Below are positions 27,271-37,900 of a stretch of DNA of 64,000 nt, piece by piece. Below the pieces are notes generated by a model, which was not told the DNA's origin, did no database searches, and saw only the letters and a program-made list of their open reading frames with translations. Source of the stretch: Chthoniobacterales bacterium. GTDB lineage: Bacteria; Verrucomicrobiota; Verrucomicrobiia; Chthoniobacterales; DASVRZ01. Each line of letters begins with the position of its first letter. The stretch's first letter is position 1. The stretch covers positions 8,263 to 72,262 of the forward strand of contig JBBRPA010000007.1 of the NCBI GenBank assembly GCA_038228695.1. The letters are read 5' to 3'. The translations under genes and the position numbers were made by a program.

Positions 27271-28377
27271 CTATATACCTAATCGATGTACGGCGGCACT
27301 TTTTTTCATCCAAAAGTTAGCGCCAGCATTTGGCAGGCAAACGGGAAATGCCTGAGAATAGAGTTCAGCATATTTTTTAGACATGAGAGTATTAAACCAA
27401 GTGATTTCGTAGTTTGAATTCCCCATCAGAAACGCACGTAGTAAATAAAGCTCGTTCCAGCAGCGACGATCCGCTGCCCATTTCTTAGGATATTCAAAGG
27501 GCCAGAAAATATCATGCACATGAATGATGACCCCGTCCGCGAGACGTGGAAAAATATTAAAAAAAATGTGATTCACATCGCTGCAAAGTTTGGAGACGTG
27601 GGTCGAATCCACAAAAAGAAAATCACCATCCTCCAAGGAATCAAAGCAATCCAGACTAACATCCTGCACTGGCTGTTCATAAATTTTTACCTGATTGTCA
27701 TCAACTCGCAGCAGAGATTTTAGTCGTTCGCAATGCGGTTCGATAAAGGACAAGTGCATTGCGTTTTCAAACCAGACCTGATTGGTGTCGAGCATCATTG
27801 CACTGGAGAAACCCGACCCAATTTCGATGATTCTCCGGGGTTTGAAATGACGGATCATCGCGTTCAAGAAATAGCCATCGCCGTGGCTATACATGCCGTT
27901 CACCCGATGGTAGCGAAAGTCGTCCGTTTTATTTTCTGGAAATGGATAGTCCTCGTGAAATCTTGCCAACAGCGGCATCAAAGCCAGTTGGTGCTCCTCT
28001 CGTAAGTCGATCCCGCACACGTCGTCGTCGTCGGGAGCTTGAATGAATCTTTCCCGAGTCGCGGCGTCAGGAATTGCAGAGTAGAAATGCCCCGCGGGAA
28101 CGAATTCGCGATTTTGCAGCCGAGTCTGATTTTCCCGGCTAGCAGCAACATTCGCAAAGTGCTGCAGGCGAGTCAGTGAGCCGTCGGTGAGCTGGTTGGC
28201 GACTTTTGCAAGTTCCACGGGAGGCGGCAACCTGACCGCCATTTGTTTATATGGAAATTCTACAAAATCGAGGGCACTCAATTCTTCCAGAGGAACTGCT
28301 ATAGATTGCGAATCCTTCAATGTTTTCTTTCTAAAATTCCGATTACAATACTTTCTTAATGTGCGAGGGTTTTGCAA
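27271..28377 (-). CDS. class I SAM-dependent methyltransferase (low-GC gene)
   Basis: 368 aa. It has the SAM motif I RRIIEIGSGFSS, an acidic post-I residue, and FLFVDSTHV...IIHVHD. The GC content is markedly lower than in the neighbouring genes. Confidence 0.65.
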   Translation of the reverse strand: MQNPRTLRKYCNRNFRKKTLKDSQSIAVPLEELSALDFVEFPYKQMAVRLPPPVELAKVANQLTDGSLTRLQHFANVAASRENQTRLQNREFVPAGHFYSAIPDAATRERFIQAPDDDDVCGIDLREEHQLALMPLLARFHEDYPFPENKTDDFRYHRVNGMYSHGDGYFLNAMIRHFKPRRIIEIGSGFSSAMMLDTNQVWFENAMHLSFIEPHCERLKSLLRVDDNQVKIYEQPVQDVSLDCFDSLEDGDFLFVDSTHVSKLCSDVNHIFFNIFPRLADGVIIHVHDIFWPFEYPKKWAADRRCWNELYLLRAFLMGNSNYEITWFNTLMSKKYAELYSQAFPVCLPNAGANFWMKKSAAVHRLGI

Positions 28378-28475
28378 TACTTCCTAATTACACCTCTTTC
28401 ATTTTGAATTTTCAGTAATGCTGCTTTTTCAATAGTTTATTTCTGACAAATCACGAGGTAGCGGTCGGTTTTTCG

Positions 28476-29759
28476 CTAACTTTCCTTATCCTTGAGTCTG
28501 CCGAGCTTGGTTTCGAGCCTAGCAAACATTTCATTCCCTGGATCGAGTTCCAAAGCCTGTGCATTTGCGCTTCGGGCCTCGACAATTCTACCGCCCTCCA
28601 GCAGGGTTCGAGCGAGGAAATGCCAAGCCCGCGCGTGATCCGGTTGACGCTTCACCGCGAACCGGAATTTCCTCTCTGCACCCTCGTGTTTCCCTTGGCC
28701 CAAATCGACCCGGCCACTTAGATAGCCGTTCTCCGCCTGCAGCAACCGGATTTCATCCTGTTGGACCAGCAACACTTGCGCGGTGATCGCAAGGGCTCCG
28801 TCGAGGTCCAACGAAGGCAGGCTTTCTGTCTCAGGATAGCGCGAAAAATCCTCCGTGAAAAGTGTCGGGCGAGCGGGAAAAAACTCTGCCCGCACCCGCT
28901 CGTTCGACAATTGGAAACTATCATAAAACGCCCGGGCGGTAGACAGTGCCGGAAGTCGTCCTAGACCAGCACCGACCCTCGCAAGAACCTCTCCGAGGTT
29001 ACCTCGCAGGGAATGCGGAATGCCCTCCACGAGCGGACGTAAGTAATGATTCAACTGGCGTAAAAACTCTTGGTAGCCCGGTTGGAGCGACTCGTTCCCA
29101 CGCACTTCGTGCCGCTCGAAAACTGGGATTTGGTTTTTCCTACAAAAATCTGCGATGACCGAACCGTCGGCCAACTCCGATCGTTGGAAAATATTGACCT
29201 GCAAGCGGTCTCGACCAAACGTGCCGCCCCAACGGTCGAGCAACGCCGCATGGTCGTAATACGGATCACCGAAAGCCTCTCCGGGAATGATTTCTAACCT
29301 GGTCCCACCGGCCTTCAGCATCGTGGAATAGAGGCTGACCGCTAGTTCGTCCTGACGCCGAAGATAGACCACGACACGGATTTCGGAGAACAGAGGGGCC
29401 AATAATCCATGCAGCCGCGCCACGTCCGTAGTCCCGATCAAGCGACTGTGGCAATGCTCAGATGAAAAAACAAAAACCGAGGAGGGCGCGTTAGCGACTT
29501 CGGCGGCAAGTTCGGCCTCGAGCGCGGAGCGAAATGTTTTTAGACCAGCGCCATCCGTCACTCCGAGCGACAGGCGAAGATCGTCGAACACATCATCCGC
29601 TTGGGAATATGCCGCCAGTTTGAGGTGGTTGCGATCGCCCGCCGCCACTGGATACACATAGTCCTGCAATCGCAGCGCAGCGCGGTTCGACCAAAGGTAC
29701 GATTGCAACGCGGTCGAACCGGTTTTTTCCGTTCCGATATGAAGGATTGCTGTCGCCAT
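28476..29759 (-). CDS. sulfotransferase-like domain fused to C-terminal TPR repeats
   Basis: 427 aa. The N-terminal P-loop-like segment is ILHIGTEKTGSTALQSYL, followed by VVVYLRRQDELAVSLYS (3'-PB-like). The C-terminal TPR-like helices include AERKFRFAVKRQPDHARAWHFLARTLLEGGRIVEARSANAQALELDP. Confidence 0.55.
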   Translation of the reverse strand: MATAILHIGTEKTGSTALQSYLWSNRAALRLQDYVYPVAAGDRNHLKLAAYSQADDVFDDLRLSLGVTDGAGLKTFRSALEAELAAEVANAPSSVFVFSSEHCHSRLIGTTDVARLHGLLAPLFSEIRVVVYLRRQDELAVSLYSTMLKAGGTRLEIIPGEAFGDPYYDHAALLDRWGGTFGRDRLQVNIFQRSELADGSVIADFCRKNQIPVFERHEVRGNESLQPGYQEFLRQLNHYLRPLVEGIPHSLRGNLGEVLARVGAGLGRLPALSTARAFYDSFQLSNERVRAEFFPARPTLFTEDFSRYPETESLPSLDLDGALAITAQVLLVQQDEIRLLQAENGYLSGRVDLGQGKHEGAERKFRFAVKRQPDHARAWHFLARTLLEGGRIVEARSANAQALELDPGNEMFARLETKLGRLKDKES

Positions 29760-29777
29760 TTTGGACTAAATTGTCCT

Positions 29778-30671
29778 TCAACCGCGGCCTATCCGTCGGC
29801 CTAGGAATGAAAAGAACGGAGACTTCGCCACTACGGGAGTTGGGTTAACCGCCGAAGTAGGTAGCGGTGGATTTTGGTAAAGCTCGCGCAATTTCGAAAG
29901 CGGCGTCTGTTGCGCCAGTTTCCGGTCGAGCAACGCATCGGCAAATTGGTGCAACCGCATATCAAGCTGGTTCGATTCAACCAGCCGTTCGACGAGTTCG
30001 GACCCAAGCTCCCCAATCAATTCGGATCGAAGCTGCGCGGGGTTCGCCGCTGGCTTTTCCCGGGTGACGTTTCGGCGGGCTACGGCCAGTTCCACGCCAG
30101 GAAACTCTGGCGCCATGAGGTGATTTACCAAGGCCAGCCAGTGGGCGTAATTTTCCACGGTTCCCGGCGCGGAAAGCTGCTCCAATTGGTCGCAGGCGCG
30201 CTGAAACTCCGCCTCGGCTGGAATTTCATCAAACGTCTCCTGCGTGCGCGAGCAGTAGTGCGTTTGATAATTGCAGAGCATGTTAGGAGTCGCCTGGAGT
30301 CGCCATTCAACGTAGGCCTTGAAGTTGAGCTCCTTCGCCCGGATCGCCCCCAGACCGGACCCGGGTTGTTTTTTTTCAAATGCGTAAATCGATCGAATGC
30401 GGGCAATCGGATCGCGAATTAACATCGTCGTAAGCACCAATCGATCCGGCACTTTCGGCACAGGCAGACAAGCCTGATGACTTGATACCGCTTTGGCCTC
30501 CGGATGCGCAGAGATGAAGTCAGAGATTTCCCGAGGTGAAAACGCGGCTCCATCCTGGCCAGGGTCATATTCCAAAAAGGCCGACGCAAACGCCTTGCGC
30601 AGGGAGTGATTAAAGGATGTCCCCGCATTTTTAAAAATGTGATAATGGAAAATGATCGGTTTCATCGACAA
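29778..30671 (-). CDS. sulfotransferase family protein (Sulfotransfer_2-like)
   Basis: 297 aa. HIFKNAGTSF matches the HIPKTGGTS-type 5'-PSB motif. MLIRDPIARIRSIY matches the RDP..R..S 3'-PB motif. Confidence 0.7.
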   Translation of the reverse strand: MSMKPIIFHYHIFKNAGTSFNHSLRKAFASAFLEYDPGQDGAAFSPREISDFISAHPEAKAVSSHQACLPVPKVPDRLVLTTMLIRDPIARIRSIYAFEKKQPGSGLGAIRAKELNFKAYVEWRLQATPNMLCNYQTHYCSRTQETFDEIPAEAEFQRACDQLEQLSAPGTVENYAHWLALVNHLMAPEFPGVELAVARRNVTREKPAANPAQLRSELIGELGSELVERLVESNQLDMRLHQFADALLDRKLAQQTPLSKLRELYQNPPLPTSAVNPTPVVAKSPFFSFLGRRIGRG

Positions 30672-30788
30672 AATCAGGTGGAGATTGCCAAATTTTCGCC
30701 CGGTCTGTCGATCCTTTTACGGTCATCGGGCAATTCTGGGGAACTTTTGGGCGCGACTTTTTCCGAGAGCCCCGGTTAAATCGTTCGT

Positions 30789-31169
30789 ATGCCAGCCAAT
30801 GACGACTCCATCGATAGCCCGCTCTGGGATCTGCTCGGGCAGGTTCCGGAACCGGCCGCGCCCGGTCGGTTTTCCGACGACGTATTGCGGCGGATTCGCC
30901 TGAGTGGCGACAATCTCGGAGACGGCCCCTTTATCTGGCTGGCCCGCTCGTGGAGAATGCTCGGCGGTATCACGGCAGGCACGGCTTTGCTCGCCGCCGC
31001 GGTCTGTTTTCAAACCGGGAAAACCGGCATGGCGGATCTTGCAACCCAGAACCCCCACGATCTGTCCGCACTGCTCGCTTCGGCTCCAGTGAACGACGTG
31101 GTTGATTTGGGCGACCTCGATATCTCCGTGGACGACAACGAATTATGGCTCGGCTCAGTTTCTTACTAA
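30789..31169 (+). CDS. hypothetical single-pass membrane protein (anti-sigma-factor-like architecture)
   Basis: 126 aa. It has a cytoplasmic N-terminus, one TM helix (MLGGITAGTALLAAAVCF) and a short acidic exterior tail. No adjacent ECF sigma gene is present. Confidence 0.4.
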   Translation: MPANDDSIDSPLWDLLGQVPEPAAPGRFSDDVLRRIRLSGDNLGDGPFIWLARSWRMLGGITAGTALLAAAVCFQTGKTGMADLATQNPHDLSALLASAPVNDVVDLGDLDISVDDNELWLGSVSY

Positions 31170-31729
31170 CATTTCTCGCCACCGGGCTTTTACCGCTCGC
31201 GTTGCTTCGCGCCACGGAGCCAACCCAAGCAGATTTGCCTGCTGCCACCGCTGCGCCAACTCCGAATGGAGAACGCCCGGAGGGTCGCCCGGACCAGCAG
31301 AAACGTGGACCGGGAGATCGCGGACCGCGCGATGGGCAAATCCGGGAGTGGCGCAAGCGGCTGGAAAACATGCCGTTAGACGAGCGGAAAAAGGCGTTCG
31401 AGAAAATGCGGGGCTGGGCCCAGAAGGGCGCTGATGAGCAAGGGTATTTCCGCTATGTTGAGGACGAGCGCAACCGGAGAGCAAAGCAGTCCATTGACGA
31501 GGCTATCGCCTCAGGGGGACTAAAACTTGACGAGACGCAGCGCAGAAAATTTAGCGAGATTTACAAACGTGAACGTCGCGCTCTCGAGATGCAGCTTCGC
31601 TCAGAAATGGACAAGAGTCGGCAGGAGCGAATGCCCGCCCTGCAAAAGACCGTCCTCGACGCCTACCAAAAAGAGCAGACCGCACCCATACCATCGGCCA
31701 GTCCTTCTCCGACGCCCGCTGCTCCTTGA
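31145..31729 (+). CDS. hypothetical secreted, highly charged helical protein
   Basis: 194 aa with signal peptide MARLSFLLTFLATGLLPLALLRA. The body is Arg/Glu/Lys-rich and helical. It overlaps the upstream ORF by 25 nt. Confidence 0.5.
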   Translation: MARLSFLLTFLATGLLPLALLRATEPTQADLPAATAAPTPNGERPEGRPDQQKRGPGDRGPRDGQIREWRKRLENMPLDERKKAFEKMRGWAQKGADEQGYFRYVEDERNRRAKQSIDEAIASGGLKLDETQRRKFSEIYKRERRALEMQLRSEMDKSRQERMPALQKTVLDAYQKEQTAPIPSASPSPTPAAP

Positions 31730-31747
31730 GCCAGCCGTCGCCGAGGC

Positions 31748-34291
31748 TTAGTTGGCGACCACGTTGACGAGTTTCCCGGGAATAACAACGACCTTGCGAA
31801 TGGTCTTGCCCTCCGTGTGTTCGAAAACTTTCGGAAGTGCCAACGCTAATTTTTCCGTCTCGTCCGCTGGCAAATCTTTCTTGATCAGCAGGCGGTCGCG
31901 CACCTTTCCGTTCACCTGCACCGGAATTTCCACCTCATCCTCGATCAGGAAAGCGCTGTTCCAGTCCGGCCAGGTTTGCTCACTGACGGTTCCAGAAAAT
32001 CCACCGAACTGCTCTCCAAGCCGCGCCCACAATTCCTCGGTAAGGTGGGGCGCAAACGGATTGAGCAAAACTAACAAACCGCGCAACGCAGCGAGCGGAC
32101 GCTTTTCGGTTCCGGTAAATTCGTTGGTGAAAACCATCATCGCGGAAATCGCGGTGTTGAAGGCGAGTGCCTCGATGTCTTCCGTCACTTTCTTGATCGA
32201 GGCATGCACCACCTTGCGTTGGCGGTTAGTTAGCTCAATCTCTTCGAGCAACGATGAAAGCACCCAGGCACCCTCCTGGTTTTCTTCCATCGCTAACCGC
32301 CAGACGCGGGCTAGGAACCGATGCACTCCCTCGACTCCACTCATACTCCACGGTTTGACCTGCTCCAGCGGCCCCATGAACATTTCATAGAGTCGCAATG
32401 AGTCCGCGCCATACTCGAGAATGATTTCGTCGGGGTTGACCACGTTGCCGCGACTCTTGGACATTTTTTGTCCGTCGGTCCCAAGAATCATGCCTTGGTT
32501 GACCAATTTTTGAAATGGCTCCCGCGTGCTAACATAGCCGAGATCAAAAAGAACCTTGTGCCAGAACCGGGCGTAAAGCAGATGCAGAACCGCATGCTCC
32601 GTTCCCCCGACGTAGAAATCGACTCCCCCTTGCATCCAGTATTTTTCTGCCGGTCCACCGATGAATGTTTCGCGGTTTGCTGGATCGCAATAACGCAGGT
32701 AATACCAGCAGGAGCCAGCCCACTGCGGCATGGTGTTCGTCTCGCGCGTCGCCGTTTCACTATAACGAATCCAATCGGTCGCCCGTGCCAGCGGCGGCTC
32801 GCCCGTGCCAGTCGGCTTGAAGTCGTCTAGGGGCGGCGGCGTCAGCGGAAGTTCCGACTCAGCGACGGGGCGGTGCTGACCGTTTTCCCAGACGATCGGG
32901 AACGGCTCGCCCCAGTAACGTTGCCGAGAAAAAAGCCAGTCGCGCAGCTTGTAGTTGATCGTCCGTTTGCCGAGTCCTTGATCCTCCAGCCAAATGATCA
33001 TTTTTGCTTTGGCGTCTGCGGTCGGAAGTCCATCGAGGAATCGCGAGTTAGTCGCCAACCCCACGTCCGCAAAGCATTTCTCCTCGCTCTCCACCGGACC
33101 GACTACGAACTGGATTGGCAACGCAAATTTTTTCGCAAACTCCCAATCGCGCTCATCGTGTGCCGGCACTGCCATGATGATGCCTGTCCCATATCCGGTT
33201 AGCACATAATCGGCGATCCAGATCGGGATGGGTTCCTCGGTGATCGGATGCGTGGCATAGCTTCCAGTAAAGACGCCGGATTTTTCTTTCGCTAGTTCCG
33301 TCCGATCGAGATCGGACTTGCCGGCGATGGCTTGGCGATAGTCCGCCACGACCTGTTTTTGTTCCGCCGTAGTGATCGCGTCCACGATCGAATGCTCCGG
33401 TGCAACGACGATGTAGGTCGCGCCAAACAGCGTATCGGGTCTCGTGGTAAAAACGGCAAAACGCAACGCGCTGTGCGCGACCTTGAATCCCACCATCGCG
33501 CCCTCGCTTTTTCCGATCCAGTTTTTCTGGAGCAGTTTGATTCCCTCCGGCCAGTCCAACGGTTCGAGTTCATCGATCAGGCGTTCGGCATAGCTCGTGA
33601 TCCGCAGCATCCACTGGCGCATCGGTTTTCTAACCACTGGAAACCCGCCCACCTCACTCCGGCCATCGACGACCTCCTCGTTCGCCAGCACCGTCCCCAA
33701 CTCGGGGCACCAGTTCACCGGCACCTCGGCGACGTAGGCGAGGCGCACACTGTTAACATCATTCCCGGTATAAGTGGTCACGGACTCCGCCCGGTTCGTC
33801 GCCGGGTTAAACCACGCGTTGTAAAGCTGGAGAAAGATCCATTGCGTCCATTTGAAATATCCCGGGTCGGTCGTGTTAACCTCGCGACTCCAGTCGTAAC
33901 TGAACCCGATCCGTTGCAATTGCCCTTTGAAGCGGGTGACGTTGCGCTCGGTGGTCACCCGCGGATGCTGACCCGTCTTGATCGCATACTGTTCCGCAGG
34001 CAGGCCGAATGCATCCCAACCCATCGGATGGAGCACGTTGAATCCGCGCATCCGTTTGTGCCGGGCGATGATGTCGGTAGCGGTGTAGCCCTCCGGGTGT
34101 CCGACGTGCAACCCTTCGCCGCTCGGGTAGGGAAACATGTCCAGCACGTAGTATTTTGGCTTGGCCGGATCGAAGTCGGGGGAACCCGGGTTCGGAGTTT
34201 CGAAGGTTTTATTTTCCTCCCAAAATTTCTGCCAACGGGGTTCGAATTGATCGTAGGGGAAGGGATTGCGCTTTTCGTTGGAAATCGACAT
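31748..34291 (-). CDS. leuS: leucine--tRNA ligase
   Basis: 847 aa. The HIGH region is [16 protein letters not shown] and the KMSKS motif is present ([10 protein letters not shown]). Typical LeuS blocks are present throughout. Confidence 0.97.
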   Translation of the reverse strand: MSISNEKRNPFPYDQFEPRWQKFWEENKTFETPNPGSPDFDPAKPKYYVLDMFPYPSGEGLHVGHPEGYTATDIIARHKRMRGFNVLHPMGWDAFGLPAEQYAIKTGQHPRVTTERNVTRFKGQLQRIGFSYDWSREVNTTDPGYFKWTQWIFLQLYNAWFNPATNRAESVTTYTGNDVNSVRLAYVAEVPVNWCPELGTVLANEEVVDGRSEVGGFPVVRKPMRQWMLRITSYAERLIDELEPLDWPEGIKLLQKNWIGKSEGAMVGFKVAHSALRFAVFTTRPDTLFGATYIVVAPEHSIVDAITTAEQKQVVADYRQAIAGKSDLDRTELAKEKSGVFTGSYATHPITEEPIPIWIADYVLTGYGTGIIMAVPAHDERDWEFAKKFALPIQFVVGPVESEEKCFADVGLATNSRFLDGLPTADAKAKMIIWLEDQGLGKRTINYKLRDWLFSRQRYWGEPFPIVWENGQHRPVAESELPLTPPPLDDFKPTGTGEPPLARATDWIRYSETATRETNTMPQWAGSCWYYLRYCDPANRETFIGGPAEKYWMQGGVDFYVGGTEHAVLHLLYARFWHKVLFDLGYVSTREPFQKLVNQGMILGTDGQKMSKSRGNVVNPDEIILEYGADSLRLYEMFMGPLEQVKPWSMSGVEGVHRFLARVWRLAMEENQEGAWVLSSLLEEIELTNRQRKVVHASIKKVTEDIEALAFNTAISAMMVFTNEFTGTEKRPLAALRGLLVLLNPFAPHLTEELWARLGEQFGGFSGTVSEQTWPDWNSAFLIEDEVEIPVQVNGKVRDRLLIKKDLPADETEKLALALPKVFEHTEGKTIRKVVVIPGKLVNVVAN

Positions 34292-34339
34292 GGGATTGCG
34301 ATGGAAGAAATGGTGGGAATCCAGTAAAGAAGTCCTCCC

Positions 34340-34936
34340 ATGTCAGCGCAACCACTTTTAATCGCGACCCGCAACCGCCATAAAACGGAAGAAATCCGGG
34401 AAATGATCGGGGCGGGTTTCTTCGTCGAGGATTTGAACTCAGGCAACGCTTGGCCGGAAATCGAGGAGACGGCGGATTCGTTTCTCGGCAACGCCTCCCT
34501 AAAGGCCCTGGGTATTGCGCGGATTCACCGGGGCCTCGTTCTTTCCGATGATTCCGGACTCGAAGTGGACGCACTGGCCGGCGCACCGGGAGTCCGCTCC
34601 GCCCGCTTCGCCGGGAAGAACGCTTCCGATGCGGACAACCGCGCCCTGCTGTTGGAGCGCCTATCCGATGTTCCCGAGAACCTGCGAACCGCACGGTTTC
34701 GCTGCGTGATGGTTCTCGCTTGTGGCGGGGAAGTTCTTGCTCATTTTTCTGGAGCCGTCGAAGGGGTCATCATCGATCAGGAAAAAGGCACGCAAGGTTT
34801 TGGTTACGACTCCCTTTTTGTTCCAGAGGGACATGGAGAAACCTTCGCTCAGCTTCCCGTGGAAACGAAAAATCAGCTCAGCCACCGGGCGCGAGCCCTC
34901 TCCCAGGTAATCGAGTTTTTGAAGACGCGTGCTTAG
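34340..34936 (+). CDS. rdgB: dITP/XTP pyrophosphatase (RdgB/HAM1 family)
   Basis: 198 aa with the family motifs [41 protein letters not shown] and LSHRARAL. Confidence 0.9.
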   Translation: MSAQPLLIATRNRHKTEEIREMIGAGFFVEDLNSGNAWPEIEETADSFLGNASLKALGIARIHRGLVLSDDSGLEVDALAGAPGVRSARFAGKNASDADNRALLLERLSDVPENLRTARFRCVMVLACGGEVLAHFSGAVEGVIIDQEKGTQGFGYDSLFVPEGHGETFAQLPVETKNQLSHRARALSQVIEFLKTRA

Positions 34937-34965
34937 ATCAACTCGGCGGTTTCGGGGCGAAAAAA

Positions 34966-37900
34966 TCAAGCGAGCGTCTTCCGCAAATACGGAGCGATGC
35001 GGCTAGTCTTGTGACGGGCAATCTCCTCGGGCGTGCCGGTGGCAACGACTTCACCGCCCGCCGCGCCGGCTTCCGGGCCGATATCAACGACATAATCCGC
35101 CTCGGCGATGACATTCAAATTGTGTTCAATGACAATGACCGTGTGACCAACATCGACGAGGCGTTGAATGACTCCGAGCAACATTTCGACGTCGGCCATG
35201 TGAAGGCCAATCGTTGGTTCCTCAAGCAAATACAACGTGCTTTTCGCAACCCGCATTTTGCGAATCTTGTTGGTGTGATCGCGCGCTGCACCGAGGCGAA
35301 GTTCGGAAACGAGCTTGAGCCGCTGGGCCTCGCCACCGCTCAGAGTCGGACTGGGCTGCCCGAGTTTCAAATAGCCCAACCCGGTATCGACTAACAATTG
35401 TAGCGTTCGATGGATTTTCTGACTAGTCGAGAAGAATTCAGCCGCTTCCGCGATGGTCATGTTCATGACGTCGCCAATGTTTTTCCCGTTATATTCGACC
35501 TCGCGGGTTTGCGCGTTGTAACGGGTGCCGCCGCAATCCTCACACGGCACGTAGCTCGCGGGGAGGAAGTTCATTTCCATCTTGATCACTCCCTGGCCGG
35601 CACAGGCTTCGCAACGTCCACCCTCGGTGTTGAAAGAGAAACGGGTGTTGGTGTAACCGCGCATCCGCGACATCGGAAGCGATGCAAAAAGCAGGCGTAT
35701 CTCGTCGAAAACTTTAATGTAGGTCGCGGGAATCGAACGGGAAGTTTTACCAATGGGAGACTGATCCACCTCGTAAACCGCCTCGAGATGCTCCGCGCCT
35801 TTGAGCAAGGGATGATCCCCGTTTTTTCGGCGTTTCTTGCTCAGGGCGGCCTCCACCGCGGGTTTCAGCGCGGAGCGCATCAGGGTGCTCTTGCCCGATC
35901 CGGAAATCCCCGTAATTGCGGTCAGGCGTCCGATCGGAAAGCGGACGGTGATGTCCTTCAGATTGTTAACATCGGCCTCAATGAGCTGAAGCCACTGGAG
36001 TTTTTCCATCGGGCGCCGCGCACCCCGCAGGGGATGGCGCATGGGGTGTTTGAGATAGTGGCCGGTCCGAGAATTTTTGCAGGTCTTGATCTGGGCGAGA
36101 GTTCCCTGCGCGACAACCTCGCCGCCGTTCATCCCGGCCCCAGGACCAAGATCGACGATAACATCGGACCGTCGCATCGTTTCCTCGTCGTGCTCGACGA
36201 TGACGAGTGTGTTTCCCTTTGCCCGGAGGGCTTGGAGGGTGTCGAGCAAGGCGTCATTGTCGCGCGGGTGGAGTCCGATGGTGGGCTCATCGAGGACGTA
36301 AAGGACGCCGCGCAGATTGGAGCCAAGTTGGGCGGCCAATCGGATGCGTTGGCTTTCCCCGCCGCTGAGAGTTTTTGCGGAGCGATCCAGTGCTAGATAG
36401 CTGAGGCCAACATTTTGCATGAAACGCAACCGTTGCGTGATCTCGGGCAAAATATCGTCGGAAATAACGCGCTGATCTTTGGCAAAGCGCAATTCCCCAA
36501 TGGTTAGCAGGGAATCGCGCACGCTACCGTGGGCCAATCGGTCGATGGTTAGATCATTGACCCGAACGTGACGAGCGACCTCATTGAGTCGAGCTCCATG
36601 GCAAGCCGTGCACGGCTTGGCTTCCCCGGCCTCGATCCATTCGTGAGCGCGCTCCTCGGCCAGTTCCCGCTCGAGGACCGAGGCATTGTCATCGACCTTA
36701 ACTGAGGCGTGAAATATTTCACCAAACCCGTTGCAGGTCGCACACCAGCCGTGCGGAGAATTAAAGGAGAATAAACGCGGATCTAGTTCCTCAAACGCCC
36801 GCGCACATTTCGGGCAGGTCATCTCGGTGCTCAAAATGGTTTCGGTCCCATCGTGCAAAATTTTGGCGGTGCGTTTACCAACTTTCAGCGCACGCTCGAC
36901 CAGTGGGCGAATTTCGCTTTTTGCAACTTTGGCGAGATCCGCCACGACGACATCGATGGTGTGTTCCTTGAAGCGTTCGAGTTTTTGGAAGTTAGCCGAG
37001 GAGAGGAACTTTCCATCGACGAGCAGCATTTCAAATCCGTCCTTCGCAGCGGCGGCGGCAACGTCGGTGTGGAAACCTTTGCGCGCCTTGACCACCGTGG
37101 CGAGAAGCCAGGTCCTCTTTTTTCCCGCGAGTTTTTCCACCTGAGCGACGATTTTCTGGACGGTCTGACCCTCGACTGGAATGTCGCATTTTGGACAGTA
37201 TTGCGTCCCGAGTTTCGCAAAGAGCAGCCGAAGGAAATGATAGACCTCGGTCACGGTGGCCACGGTGGATTTCCCGCCACCCCGGGTGATCCGCTGCTCG
37301 ATCGCGACGCTGGGGGGCAACCCCTCGATGTGGTCCACGTCGGGTTTTTCCATCTGCCCGACAAACTGCCGTGCGTAGGGCGACATGCTATCGAGAAAAC
37401 GGCGCTGGCCCTCCGCGAAAAGGAGGTCAAAGGCGAGGGTAGATTTTCCGGAGCCGCTTAGTCCGGTGATCGTGATCATCTTTTCCCGAGGGAGCGTGAG
37501 GGTGAAATTTTTTAGGTTGTGCTCCCGAGCTCCATGGATGGTGATGCCGTTGGATTGGGGATTTTTGACTTTTGATTTCCGAATGGGATCCTCGGCGAGT
37601 CGGGTGCCGCCAAGCATCGCGGCGAGGTGACGACCCGTGTGCGATGCGGGGTTTTTCGCGACCTCCTCCGGCGTGCCCTCCGCAACCACCAGACCGCCCT
37701 CCGCGCCCGCCTCGGGGCCGAGATCGATGACGTGGTCGGCAGATTTGATCACCTCCAGATTATGCTCAATAACAATAAGGGTATTTCCTGAGTCCACCAG
37801 TTTTTGAAAGACAGCTAAGAGCAGTGAAACATCGTCGAAGTGCAGGCCGGTGGTTGGTTCGTCAAAGATCAGAAGGGCATTTTGATTGTGCCCAGATTTT

